Below are positions 25,306 to 35,137 of a DNA stretch of 64,000 nt, in pieces; positions within the stretch are counted from its first letter, which is position 1; every line of letters begins with the position of its first letter. The notes below the pieces were generated by a model that saw only the letters and a program-made list of their open reading frames with translations, made no database searches and had not been told where the DNA came from. Origin of the DNA: Acutalibacteraceae bacterium (GTDB lineage Bacteria > Bacillota > Clostridia > Oscillospirales > Acutalibacteraceae); contig JAZNLA010000061.1 in NCBI GenBank assembly GCA_045578845.1, forward strand, positions 12,581 to 76,580. The letters run 5' to 3'. A program made the translations under genes and the position numbers.

Positions 25306-26580
25306 ATGAAAATGTTGGAAGAGTTTGAAAAAAACAATGGCTTCGACGCTTTAGACCAACCACATGACGCCGCCGAATTAAAAGACGGTGTGCTTGATGA
25401 CAGCAATTTGTCGGAAGATTTTGTTATAGGAAAAGACTTTTTTATCGACAGTTCCGAGGCTGATGACATAGCCGTTGCCGAGCAGTCTAAGAGCAAAAAA
25501 AAGACAAAGAAAAAGGTTTCCGCCGGAAAAAGTTGTTTAACTTCGGTTATTTGGATGGCGGCAATTCTTGTAATTGCCATTTCCGCTGCTTCCTTTTTTA
25601 TGTATTTCGGTATGGACTATTTGGGTGTGAGTTTTTCAAAAAACACTACCGAAGAAATTGAGTTTAATATAGCCGAGGGTACAAGTGCCAAAGAGGTTGC
25701 GGAAATTTTAGAGGATAAGGGTATTATAAACAGTTCTCTGTTTTTCAGATTTTTCTGTAAACAAAAGGGGTATGACAGCAAATTCCAGTACGGAATTTAC
25801 TATTTCTGCAAGCAGGATACATACGAGGATATTGCTGAGGCACTTATAAAACAGGGTGCCCACGGTACCGAGGTTACTGTCACAATCCCCGAAGGTTGGA
25901 GTATCGACCAAATAGCCGAACGCCTCGAAGCCAACGGTGTTTGTACGGCAAGAGAGTTTAAAGAGGCTGTAAACGAGGCAAACTATGAAAAATACCCTTA
26001 TGAGTTTATGAACGGCGTGAAAAATCCGTCACAGGGCGTTCACTATAAATTAGAGGGTTATTTATTTCCCGACACCTACAGATTTTATAATACAGGCGAT
26101 AAAAGCGGTGCCGAGCAGGCTATAAAGAAAATGCTTGCCCGCTTTGACGAAATGGTTACCGCCGAAATGCGGGAAAGGGCTGACAGCATGGGTTATTCAC
26201 TTCATGACTGTATTACAATGGCTTCTATTATCGAACTTGAGTCAAGTTCTGCCGACTTTGCTACAAAGCAAAGGGTTTCGGGCGTATTTTGGAACAGGCT
26301 TAACAACTGGGGCGAGCAGGCAAAACTACAGTCCGACCCGACCTCGGATTACCCGTATAACAAAGAAAAGTACGATACATATAAAATTGTAGGACTTGCA
26401 CCGGGTGCCTACTGTTCGCCAGGCATTGATGCTATAAAAGCGGCTTTATCCCCCGAGGAAAATTGTAAATATTACTTTTTTGTCAGCGATAAAAACATGA
26501 GGTTTTACTTTAATGTTACCAATAAGGAACATAATTCGACCATAAGCCGACTGAAAAGAGAAGGGCTGTGGTTAAAATAA
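25306..26580 (+). CDS. mltG: Endolytic murein transglycosylase MltG (YceG family) with long N-terminal extension
   Basis: 424 aa. Acidic/basic N-terminal tail, one TM, then a YceG domain (LEGYLFPDTY). Confidence 0.88.
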   Translation: MKMLEEFEKNNGFDALDQPHDAAELKDGVLDDSNLSEDFVIGKDFFIDSSEADDIAVAEQSKSKKKTKKKVSAGKSCLTSVIWMAAILVIAISAASFFMYFGMDYLGVSFSKNTTEEIEFNIAEGTSAKEVAEILEDKGIINSSLFFRFFCKQKGYDSKFQYGIYYFCKQDTYEDIAEALIKQGAHGTEVTVTIPEGWSIDQIAERLEANGVCTAREFKEAVNEANYEKYPYEFMNGVKNPSQGVHYKLEGYLFPDTYRFYNTGDKSGAEQAIKKMLARFDEMVTAEMRERADSMGYSLHDCITMASIIELESSSADFATKQRVSGVFWNRLNNWGEQAKLQSDPTSDYPYNKEKYDTYKIVGLAPGAYCSPGIDAIKAALSPEENCKYYFFVSDKNMRFYFNVTNKEHNSTISRLKREGLWLK

Positions 26581-27788
26581 CGGACAAATGTGAACTGCTG
26601 TGCCCTGCAGGCGATTTAATACGGCTTACCGCCGCCGTAGATTTCGGTGCCGATGCCGTTTATTTGGCAGGGCAGGAGTTCGGTATGCGTACTGCCGCAA
26701 CCAACTTTGGCGAAGAAGATTTAAAAAAAGGTATTGAATATGCTCATAAAAACGGCGTTAAGGTTTTTGTGACCTGTAACACGTTGCCGCATAATGACGA
26801 AATTCCCCGTCTGCCTGCATTTTTGGAAATGTTAGGCTCGCTTTCTGCCGACGGAATTATTGTGTCCGACCTCGGCACTATGAAGATGGCTCAAAAATAT
26901 GCACCTAAAGCCGAAATTCACGTTTCGGTGCAGTCGGGTATCGTGAATTATGCCACCGCCAACGCGTTCTACGATTTAGGTGCTAAAAGAATAGTTGTCG
27001 CACGTGAACTTTCTATAAAGGAAATCGCCGAAATCCGAGAAAAAACACCTAAGGATCTTGACATTGAGGCTTTTGTCCACGGTGCTATGTGTGTTTCTTT
27101 CTCGGCAAGGTGTCTTTTGTCTTCCTATATGACAGGGCGTGATGCCAACCGAGGCGATTGTGCCCAACCTTGCCGTTGGAGTTATTCACTCATGGAAGAA
27201 AAACGCCCCGGACAGTATTTCGATATAACCGAAACCGACAAGGGCACATATATTTTGAACGCCAACGACCTTTGTATGGCTGAACATTTGGGCGAAATGA
27301 TGTCGGCGGGCGTAACCTCGTTTAAGATTGAGGGCAGAGCAAAATCCCACTACTACACCGCCGTTGTAACCAACGCCTACCGCGGTGCGTTGGACAGTGC
27401 CGTAAAGGGTGAAAAATGCCCGGAGTGGGTAACGGAAGAACTAAATAAAATCAGCCACCGTCCGTATTCCAAAGGGTTTTATTACGGAAACCCTAAAGGT
27501 GAACAAACCTACAAAAACGCAGGTTATATGAGGGATTATTCGGTTGCAGGCACCGTTATTGGATATGAAGACGGGTGTCTTTTAATGCAACTTAAAAACA
27601 AGTTTTTAAAGGGTCAGATTTTGGACTGTTTGGAACCACAAAATGTGCCGTTCGTCCTTACTGCCGATGTAATGTATAATGAAAAAGGCGAAGAAATTGA
27701 CTCGGCACCGCACCCAATGATGACCGTTAAAATTCCATATGACCGACCTATAAAGACAGGCTCACTGCTTAGAATGAAAACAGAGTAA
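26568..27788 (+). CDS. Peptidase U32 family protein
   Basis: 406 aa. U32 signature region (E..VHGAMCVSFSARCLLS). Overlaps mltG by 13 nt. Confidence 0.88.
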   Translation: MVKITDKCELLCPAGDLIRLTAAVDFGADAVYLAGQEFGMRTAATNFGEEDLKKGIEYAHKNGVKVFVTCNTLPHNDEIPRLPAFLEMLGSLSADGIIVSDLGTMKMAQKYAPKAEIHVSVQSGIVNYATANAFYDLGAKRIVVARELSIKEIAEIREKTPKDLDIEAFVHGAMCVSFSARCLLSSYMTGRDANRGDCAQPCRWSYSLMEEKRPGQYFDITETDKGTYILNANDLCMAEHLGEMMSAGVTSFKIEGRAKSHYYTAVVTNAYRGALDSAVKGEKCPEWVTEELNKISHRPYSKGFYYGNPKGEQTYKNAGYMRDYSVAGTVIGYEDGCLLMQLKNKFLKGQILDCLEPQNVPFVLTADVMYNEKGEEIDSAPHPMMTVKIPYDRPIKTGSLLRMKTE

Positions 27789-27790
27789 AT

Positions 27791-27827
27791 AAAAAATGCA
27801 ACTGTTTAACACAGTTGCATTTTTTTG
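27791..27827. terminator. Bidirectional intrinsic terminator between the convergent U32 and pseudokinase genes
   Basis: AAAAA, atgcaactgt, ttaac, acagttgcat, TTTTTTT. Confidence 0.85.
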
Positions 27828-29543
27828 TTATTCTGTAATATTTTCGTTACCAGTACCGGGGGTGGCGGGCTCACCTTGATAGGAATTGATAAATACCTCA
27901 ATTCTCATATCGGTATTTATGTTGACACCCTTTGCAGGCTCGGTTTCAACAACCGTAGCAGGGGGTTTTGTGTCATCCCATTTTTCGGTAAATACGATAT
28001 TGTCATAATCAAATCCCGCTTTTAGCAGTTCAAGCAGTGCATCATCGGCACTTTTGCCCGTAACATTTATCATTTGAATGTAGTACGAGCCGAGGCTTAC
28101 TACAAACTCAACCGTAGTGCCTTCTTCAACGACGGTGTTCGGGGCAGGTGTCTGCGAAATGATTCGACCTGCGGGAACAGAATCGCTGTACTGTTTTGAA
28201 GAAATCTTGAATTTGTAAATGTTAGCAAACTGCGGGTCGTAAGCGATATCTGAAAATTCGTTTTTCTCAAAGTCAGGTAACGATGAGAACTTGGTTTCGT
28301 CTTCAACGGGGACTTTGGAGGCAACCGATTCGGTGCTTGCGACAGAATTCAGTCCGTTATTAATTGAATTTCCCGATTCGGTATCGTTTTTGTCAAATAC
28401 ACCCATAAACCATAATACAAAGAAGATGATTACCGCCAGTAAAAATGCGGTGGCTATACCGGCGACAAGTCCGTATATTTTGCCGGTGTTCTTTTTGGAT
28501 TTGGATTTGGGTTTGCCGTTTTGTGCAGTTTCCGAAGTGTGTTTTTGTACAGTGCCTGCGGCGACAACACCTGTGCCGTTTGCAGCAACCGAGGAAATCG
28601 ACAATCCTTTTCGCATTTCATCTATAGAGCGAGTACGGTCGTCGGGAAGCACCTGCAATGCGTTAGCCAAGGTTTCAAGCACCGATTTAGGTGTTTCCCT
28701 TGCAATAACGGCAGGAATGGTCATATTGTCGCTCTCAAGTCGGCTTGTTGCTTCAGGCGGGGGACTGCCGACCAAAGTTCTGTAAATGGTGGCGGCAAAG
28801 GCGTAAACGTCGGTCCATGTTCCCTGAACGCCCGCATCGCCGTACTGCTCAACAGCGGCAAATCCGGGGAAAAGTTGCGAAGTGAGGGGACTTTTGGCGG
28901 TGCGTTCGTCGGCAATACAAAAACCGTTTATACGCAGTTTTCCGTCTTTGCTGACAAAAAGTGTGTCGGGCGAAATTCCGCGGTGGATAATGCCCACCTT
29001 GTGCAGTGCCGAAATAGACGAGATAAGCGGAACAAACAACGACCTCGCTTGGTCCCATTTAAGGGTGTTGCCGTTACGCATTAAAAACTCGCGAAGCGAA
29101 ATGCCCGGTACACTGCGGGTGATTCTGTAAGCGGTGCCGTTGGCTTCTCTTATATCCAAAATATCAAACAGTGCGGGAAGTTCGTTGAGTTTAAAAAGTG
29201 TCTTTGAAAGTTCCAAAAATTTAATCAAAGCATCGTTATAATCGTATTCAAAGCCGGCCTTCATAAGTACCGACTCATCATCGGCACGCTCGCAAAGTCC
29301 TACAGGAAAAAATTCTCTTATATTGACAACAGCCGAGGTTACCGAGTCGAAACCTAAATATGTAACACCTTCGCCGTTTTGGTCCAAAACCTTGCCGATA
29401 ATATATCTGCCTTCAAGCAACGAAGACGGTTTTAAATATGAGGGGTTTATAGGCTCGTCTGGATTGTAACCGCAAACGGGACACTTGCCCTCTGCAAGTT
29501 TTTCACCCATGCAACCGGGACAAATCTTTTTAGGGTCAATCAT
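27828..29543 (-). CDS. Membrane protein with zinc ribbon, kinase-like (pseudokinase) domain and two PASTA domains
   Basis: Start is at ATG 29543 (MIDPKKICPGC...). The track start is a TTG 18 nt upstream. CPGC...CPVC ribbon. Hanks-type kinase fold with degenerate motifs (VNIRE, HRGISPDT, NGF). TM segment IYGLVAGIATAFLLAVIIFFVLWFMGVF. Two PASTA-like repeats at the C-terminus. Confidence 0.8.
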   Translation of the reverse strand: MIDPKKICPGCMGEKLAEGKCPVCGYNPDEPINPSYLKPSSLLEGRYIIGKVLDQNGEGVTYLGFDSVTSAVVNIREFFPVGLCERADDESVLMKAGFEYDYNDALIKFLELSKTLFKLNELPALFDILDIREANGTAYRITRSVPGISLREFLMRNGNTLKWDQARSLFVPLISSISALHKVGIIHRGISPDTLFVSKDGKLRINGFCIADERTAKSPLTSQLFPGFAAVEQYGDAGVQGTWTDVYAFAATIYRTLVGSPPPEATSRLESDNMTIPAVIARETPKSVLETLANALQVLPDDRTRSIDEMRKGLSISSVAANGTGVVAAGTVQKHTSETAQNGKPKSKSKKNTGKIYGLVAGIATAFLLAVIIFFVLWFMGVFDKNDTESGNSINNGLNSVASTESVASKVPVEDETKFSSLPDFEKNEFSDIAYDPQFANIYKFKISSKQYSDSVPAGRIISQTPAPNTVVEEGTTVEFVVSLGSYYIQMINVTGKSADDALLELLKAGFDYDNIVFTEKWDDTKPPATVVETEPAKGVNINTDMRIEVFINSYQGEPATPGTGNENITE

Positions 29544-29630
29544 ATGTATTGTTCCTTTCAAAAAATTTAAAACTTAATAAATCAATTATACTATATGAGT
29601 TTTAAAAAATCAACCGAAGTAGGCCTAAGG

Positions 29631-30221
29631 TTACAAACCTGTGATATTTTTGTCTATAGGTTCTAAGAAACTTTGTGCAAATTCATTCAAAAATATGTTG
29701 GCAGAAGGCAGGTTTAAAGCCTTAATAGACTGTAAAGTTGACCGTTCCGCCTCGGAAAATTCGCGGTTGCCCAAGGTGATTTCGTCACGGCACTTTATAA
29801 GTGCCGAAATTTTGTCGGCAGCCTTGATTATTTTTTTTAGGTGCGGGTCGTCTTCTTTGAAAATCGACTGAAACTCAGGGCGTAAATCGTCGGGTAACAG
29901 ACTTAACAAACGGTCGTCTGCCGCATTTTCAAGGCTTTTATATGCCGACTTTATATCGTCATTGTAGTATTTGACGGGTGTCGGCAAATCGCCCGTAATG
30001 ATTTCCGACGCATCGTGGAACATGGCAAGCAAAGCCACCCTTTCGGCGTTTATGTTTCCGCCGAGTCTTGTGTTTTCAATGACCGCTAAGGCGTGGGCGA
30101 TAAACGCGGTTTCGAGGGTGTGTTCGCTTAAAGTTTCTTTGCGGGTGTTTCGCATTAAAGCCCAACGGTCAATGTACTTCATGCGAAATAACATCGCGTA
30201 AAAATGGCAGGTGTTTTCCAT
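29631..30221 (-). CDS. HD-domain 5'-deoxynucleotidase (YfbR-like)
   Basis: 196 aa. SEHT...HDASE HD-domain motifs. Confidence 0.8.
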   Translation of the reverse strand: MENTCHFYAMLFRMKYIDRWALMRNTRKETLSEHTLETAFIAHALAVIENTRLGGNINAERVALLAMFHDASEIITGDLPTPVKYYNDDIKSAYKSLENAADDRLLSLLPDDLRPEFQSIFKEDDPHLKKIIKAADKISALIKCRDEITLGNREFSEAERSTLQSIKALNLPSANIFLNEFAQSFLEPIDKNITGL

Positions 30222-30224
30222 ATT

Positions 30225-31610
30225 TTATTCCTCAATAAACAGTGAAAGCACTGCACGGTAGGTCATGTAAACGTCAAACTTCGATACTACCTCAAACGGT
30301 GCATGCATTGAGAGTACGGGCACACCGAGGTCGACAACATCGACACCCAAATTTGCAATATACATCGCAACCGTACCGCCGCCGCCGAGGTCAACCTTAC
30401 CGAGTTCGCCGGTCTGCCAAACGACGTTGTTTTTGTCTAAAATTTTTCTAATCCAAGCCATATATTCGGCCGAGGCATCGGAAGTATTGCCTTTACCGCG
30501 TGCACCGGTATACTTTGTGATAACTGCACCGTAGTTGAGTTTACATGCGTTACGGCGTTCAAAAACATCGGGGAAAGTGGGGTCGAAAGCGGCGTTTACG
30601 TCGGCAGAAAGGCACTTTGAATTATCGAGTGCAAGTTCAGTATCCCCGCCCTGCGTTTTTGCAAGGTAGCCTATAAAATGGGCCAAAAATGCCGAATTCA
30701 TGCCGGTGTTTCCGTCAGAGCCGGTTTCTTCTTTGTCGGCAAGTACGGTGATTGATGTGTACTTGGGTGCCGTTTGCTCTAAAACAGCAACAAGACAAGG
30801 GTAGGCACAAACGCGGTCATCGTGACCGTAAGCACCCATCATGGAACGGTCAAAACCGATATCTCTCGGACCGCCTGCGGGCACACATTCAAGTTCTGCC
30901 GACAAAAAGTCTTCCTCTTTAATGCCGTATTTTTGGAATAAAATATTTAAAATGTTGAGTTTTACAAGTTCGCTGCCTTCGTCATCTTTAAAGGGACGGC
31001 TGCCGACTAAAATGTTTAATTCCTCGCCGCGGATAATTTCCGAAGCGGGGCGTTTTACTTGGTCTTGAGCCAAATGCGGCAGCAAATCGGTCACAACAAA
31101 GCAAGGCTCATCGGGTTCTTCACCGACGGAAACTTCAACCGCAGTGCCGTCTTTTTTGCAGAAAACGCCGTGAAGTGCCAAAGGTACGGCGGTCCACTGA
31201 TATTTCTTAATTCCGCCGTAGTAGTGGGTTTTGAAAAGTGCAAGTTCAGAGTCCTCGTAAAGCGGATTGGGTTTTAGGTCAAGTCTTGGCGAGTCGATGT
31301 GTGCGACGGCAATTCGGGTACCGTTTTCAACAGGCTCTGTGCCTAAAACTGCAAGTGCCAATGCTTTACCGCGGTTATTAAAGTAAACCTTGTCGCCTGA
31401 TTTGTAGGTTTTTTTGGGGTCGAACTCTTTAAATCCCGCTTTTTTTGCCATTTCGATTGATTTTTTTACGGCAAGACGTTCGGTTTTGCCCACACGCAAG
31501 TAGTCGGCATATCCTTTACAAAATTCTTCTGCCGCTTTGTCGTTTTCCTCGCAGAAAAGGCCGTTTTTTTGGGATAAGCATAAATTTTCTTTTAATTCTT
31601 TTGCCTTCAT
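30225..31610 (-). CDS. M18-family aminopeptidase
   Basis: 461 aa. AHIDSP and HDDR motifs, typical length. Confidence 0.85.
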   Translation of the reverse strand: MKAKELKENLCLSQKNGLFCEENDKAAEEFCKGYADYLRVGKTERLAVKKSIEMAKKAGFKEFDPKKTYKSGDKVYFNNRGKALALAVLGTEPVENGTRIAVAHIDSPRLDLKPNPLYEDSELALFKTHYYGGIKKYQWTAVPLALHGVFCKKDGTAVEVSVGEEPDEPCFVVTDLLPHLAQDQVKRPASEIIRGEELNILVGSRPFKDDEGSELVKLNILNILFQKYGIKEEDFLSAELECVPAGGPRDIGFDRSMMGAYGHDDRVCAYPCLVAVLEQTAPKYTSITVLADKEETGSDGNTGMNSAFLAHFIGYLAKTQGGDTELALDNSKCLSADVNAAFDPTFPDVFERRNACKLNYGAVITKYTGARGKGNTSDASAEYMAWIRKILDKNNVVWQTGELGKVDLGGGGTVAMYIANLGVDVVDLGVPVLSMHAPFEVVSKFDVYMTYRAVLSLFIEE

Positions 31611-31611
31611 A

Positions 31612-32166
31612 TCAGTTACCGTCCTTATATAAAGAGTTGTATATTTTTATGGTTTTTTCTATTCGTTTAACGTATTCTTTGGTTTCGGAGAACACTATAT
31701 CCTCTTGTTCCAATTTACCGTCGTCGGCAATCCATTTATTTACGTTTCCGAGTCCCGCGTTGTAAGCGGCGATTACGGTTTTTTGGTCGCCGTCAAAATA
31801 CTCGATTAAATATTTAAGGTACCGTATACCGTATTTTATATTGATTTCAGGGTCGGTTGCGTATTCATTAAAGGCCTTGTCTTCGCCTAAAATTTTTGCC
31901 ATATCTAAAAATGTTTCTTCGGTCAGTTGCATTAATCCGACGGCATTGGCTGAGGATTTTGCATTACTGTCAAAGTTACTTTCGCATTTTATAACCGAAA
32001 AACATAAAGTTGTAGGAACGTCGAATTCCTCAGAATATTTCGTAACAAAATCGGCATAGTCTTTGGGATACAATGCCTTCATTATAGTATTATATCCAAA
32101 AATCACGAAAATTATAAGCAGTACTGCCGCTAAGATACCGCAAATTGCCTTTTTAAAAATTTTCAT
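31612..32166 (-). CDS. Lytic transglycosylase (SLT domain), membrane-anchored
   Basis: 184 aa. N-terminal TM. Catalytic motif CESNFD...GLMQL. Confidence 0.88.
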   Translation of the reverse strand: MKIFKKAICGILAAVLLIIFVIFGYNTIMKALYPKDYADFVTKYSEEFDVPTTLCFSVIKCESNFDSNAKSSANAVGLMQLTEETFLDMAKILGEDKAFNEYATDPEINIKYGIRYLKYLIEYFDGDQKTVIAAYNAGLGNVNKWIADDGKLEQEDIVFSETKEYVKRIEKTIKIYNSLYKDGN

Positions 32167-32765
32167 TTGCCGTATCCTTTCATAAGCGTTTCGAGTATTG
32201 TTTCGATTTTTAATGTGAAATCTTGCAAATTCCCGTTGTTTTCGACAATATAGTCGGTCTTTTCATAGAATTGGTCGGGTTTTCCTGCGTCAAGCCTTAT
32301 TTCGGCATCTGTGTCACTCAAATTATCGCGGGAAATTATCCGTTTTTTTCTAAGATTTCGGTCACAAAGTACCGCAACCGTTACGTCGCAAACCGAGTCA
32401 ATACCGCTTTCAAACAGCGTCGGTGCATCTAAAATAAGCAGTTTTACGCCGTTTTCCTTTTCGGTTGCTATCAGTTGCTTTATTTTTTCTGCAATTACGG
32501 GTAACATTATCGAATTTAAAATTTCGGTTTTTTCGCTTGTCGCAAATGCCTTTTCGGCGAGTTTTTTTCGCAGAAGTTCACCGTTTTGGTCTAAAATATC
32601 GTCACCGAAAGCAGTTTTGAGTGTGTTTAAAACCGCACTTTCTTTTGCGGTTACTTCTCTTGCCACTTTGTCGCAGTCAATAGTTACGGCACCAAAACTT
32701 TCGGCTATAGGAGCGATAGACGATTTTCCGCTGCCCGTGGGGCCTGTAAGTCCTAAAATAATCAC
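32163..32765 (-). CDS. coaE: Dephospho-CoA kinase
   Basis: 200 aa. P-loop GLTGPTGSGKSS. Confidence 0.92.
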   Translation of the reverse strand: MIILGLTGPTGSGKSSIAPIAESFGAVTIDCDKVAREVTAKESAVLNTLKTAFGDDILDQNGELLRKKLAEKAFATSEKTEILNSIMLPVIAEKIKQLIATEKENGVKLLILDAPTLFESGIDSVCDVTVAVLCDRNLRKKRIISRDNLSDTDAEIRLDAGKPDQFYEKTDYIVENNGNLQDFTLKIETILETLMKGYGK

Positions 32766-33793
32766 AGTTTTATCACCTCAAACGCGGCGGCACGGATAAG
32801 TCGGTTATAAACCGCTAAACCAACGCCGTTTTTTTCGGGCACCCTTGCAAAACAGACCTTGCAATTTTTACTGTCAAGTTCACGCAACGCATCAAAAAGC
32901 ACTGCGGCTTGGGCGGATTGGTCAGACCTTTCGCCAAATGATACGGTTGGAACTGTCAGTCCCTCTTCTTCGCCCGAAAAAACGAGGGCGAAGGTGCCGT
33001 TTGTTGCATTTTGGTTTACATAAATCTTAAATTTTTCCAAATCGCCGTCAAGCATAACCACCTTGGCTTTGGGCGAGTAGTGTTTATACTTCATACCGGG
33101 TGAGGCAACAGGTTTGCCTTTTTCGGGCTCGGATAATACCGCTTTGTCAACCTCAATGTCGGGTAAAACTTCGCGTAACTGTTCTAAAGTCACACCGCCC
33201 GGGCGTAGCAGTTTGGGCGGATTGGTGCAAAGCGTTATAACGGTTGACTCTACGCCGACTTCTGACCTGTCCGATACAATTACGGCGTCAATTTTTCCGT
33301 CTAAATCCAAAAGCACATGGTCGGCTGTGGTGGGACTGGGCGAGCCCGATTTATTTGCCGACGGTGCTGCCAACGGCAGACCGCTCAAACGTATAAGTTC
33401 TCTTGCTATTTTATTGGAGGGCATACGAACGGCCACCGTATCAAGTCCCGCACTGACCGAAGACGGCACCTTGTCACTTCGTTTTAACACCATAGTAAAG
33501 GGGCCGGGCCAAAATTTTTCGGCAAGTTCAAGTGCTGTTGAGGGCAAATTCTCAACCACTTCTTTTAACATTTCGAGGTCTGACACATGAACTATCAAGG
33601 GATTATCCTGCGGACGTCCCTTTGCTTTAAAAATGTTTTCGACTGCGGTTTGGTTATAGGTACTTGCCGCAAGTCCGTACACCGTTTCGGTGGGCATGGC
33701 GACAAGACCGCCGTCTTGCAAAATTTTTGCGGCGGTTTTTAAATTTTCACAGTCTTTTTTTGTGTCAAATACCGAAAGTCTAAGGGTTTTCAA
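32762..33793 (-). CDS. tsaC: L-threonylcarbamoyladenylate synthase (Sua5/TsaC long form)
   Basis: 343 aa. YrdC domain (PTETVYGLAA...KGRP..NPLIVH) plus Sua5 C-terminal domain. Confidence 0.92.
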   Translation of the reverse strand: MKTLRLSVFDTKKDCENLKTAAKILQDGGLVAMPTETVYGLAASTYNQTAVENIFKAKGRPQDNPLIVHVSDLEMLKEVVENLPSTALELAEKFWPGPFTMVLKRSDKVPSSVSAGLDTVAVRMPSNKIARELIRLSGLPLAAPSANKSGSPSPTTADHVLLDLDGKIDAVIVSDRSEVGVESTVITLCTNPPKLLRPGGVTLEQLREVLPDIEVDKAVLSEPEKGKPVASPGMKYKHYSPKAKVVMLDGDLEKFKIYVNQNATNGTFALVFSGEEEGLTVPTVSFGERSDQSAQAAVLFDALRELDSKNCKVCFARVPEKNGVGLAVYNRLIRAAAFEVIKL

Positions 33794-34864
33794 TTAAGCG
33801 TCTTCCTCTTGTTTTAACATTTGGGTGCGGTAGTGGGTGATAAGCGGGTCTATAATATCGTCAAGGTCACCGTTCAGCACCGAGTCTAATTTATAAAGGG
33901 TCAGTCCTATTCGGTGGTCGGTCACTCTGCCCTGAGGGAAGTTATAGGTGCGAATTCTTTCCGAACGGTCGCCTGTGCCGACCTGTGATTTACGGTCGCT
34001 CGCCAAGGCGGCGTTTTGTTCGGCAACCATTTGCTCATACAGTCTTGAACGCAGCACCTTCATGGCTTTGTCCTTGTTTTTGTACTGACTGCGTTCGTCT
34101 TGACATTCAACCACAAGTCCCGTAGGCAGGTGGGTGATACGTATTGCCGATTCGGTTTTGTTAACGTGTTGACCGCCTGCACCGCCTGCACGGTAGGTGT
34201 CAATCTGCAAATCGGCAGGATTTATCTGGAGTTCGACTTCTTCTGCTTCGGGTAGTACCGCAACCGTTACGGTTGAGGTGTGTATTCTGCCGCTCGTTTC
34301 GGTTTCGGGTACACGCTGAACGCGGTGAACACCGCTTTCGTATTTAAGTCTTGAGTAGGCACCCTGCCCCTCAATCATAAAACTTACTTCTTTGTATCCG
34401 CCAAGTTCGGTTTCGTTCGCACCGACAGGTTCAATATGCCAACGGCGGGACTCGGCGTACATTCCGTACATTCTCGAAAGTTCGCCTGCAAAAAGTGCCG
34501 CTTCTTCGCCGCCTGCACCGCCGCGGATTTCGACAATTACATTTCGGTCGTCGTTGGGGTCGCGTGGCAAAAGCAAAATTTTAAGTTGGTCCGAAAGTGC
34601 GGAGATATTTTCCTTTAAACTGCCGAGTTCTTCTTCGGCAAGTTGTTTCATTTCTTTGTCAAGACCGCCTGTTTCCAATAGTGACAGGGTGTCTTGGAGT
34701 TCCTTTTTTGCCGATTTATATTCGCGGTATTTTTCAACAATAGGCGACAGAGTGCTGTGCTCTTTCATAAGTTCGGTAAAGGTTTCGCCCGTATTTGAGG
34801 GGTCGGACATTCTTGTACTTATTTCTTCGAATTTTAATTCAACTGCTTCTAATTTATCAAACAT
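33794..34864 (-). CDS. prfA: Peptide chain release factor 1
   Basis: 356 aa. GGQ motif ([12 protein letters not shown]) and PET-type tripeptide (RVPETE). Confidence 0.96.
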   Translation of the reverse strand: MFDKLEAVELKFEEISTRMSDPSNTGETFTELMKEHSTLSPIVEKYREYKSAKKELQDTLSLLETGGLDKEMKQLAEEELGSLKENISALSDQLKILLLPRDPNDDRNVIVEIRGGAGGEEAALFAGELSRMYGMYAESRRWHIEPVGANETELGGYKEVSFMIEGQGAYSRLKYESGVHRVQRVPETETSGRIHTSTVTVAVLPEAEEVELQINPADLQIDTYRAGGAGGQHVNKTESAIRITHLPTGLVVECQDERSQYKNKDKAMKVLRSRLYEQMVAEQNAALASDRKSQVGTGDRSERIRTYNFPQGRVTDHRIGLTLYKLDSVLNGDLDDIIDPLITHYRTQMLKQEEDA

Positions 34865-35060
34865 TATTCTGCTCTTTTCCCGCTTGTTTTTCTAGTTTTT
34901 TAATGAATTTTTCTATTTTTGCTCTCGGGGTCATAACCTCATGTCCGCATTTTTCACACTTAATTTTAAAATCTATACCGACACGCAAAACCAAAAACAT
35001 GTTACAGCCACAAGGATGTGGTTTTTTGAGTTGCAGTCGGTCGCCGATCGAAATATCCAT
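34857..35060 (-). CDS. DUF951 family small protein
   Basis: 67 aa. KKPHPCG...CEKCGH pattern of DUF951. Overlaps the prfA start by 8 nt. Confidence 0.75.
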   Translation of the reverse strand: MDISIGDRLQLKKPHPCGCNMFLVLRVGIDFKIKCEKCGHEVMTPRAKIEKFIKKLEKQAGKEQNNV

Positions 35061-35089
35061 GGAAAAATCCCCCTTTTGAAAAATTTACT

Positions 35090-35129
35090 TAAAAAAGGTA
35101 TGGCAACCCCATAAAAAGCCGCCATACCT
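35090..35129 (-). terminator. Intrinsic terminator after jag
   Basis: Minus strand reads aggtatggc, 16 nt, gccatacct, TTTTTT. Confidence 0.7.
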
Positions 35130-35137
35130 CAAAAAAT

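Noticed and set aside
27001-27006. Additional CACGTG cores (12972-12977, 27001-27006, 50950-50955) as parS sites
   Set aside because: The flanks have at least 4 mismatches to TGTTNCACGTGAAACA, and all three are inside coding sequence.
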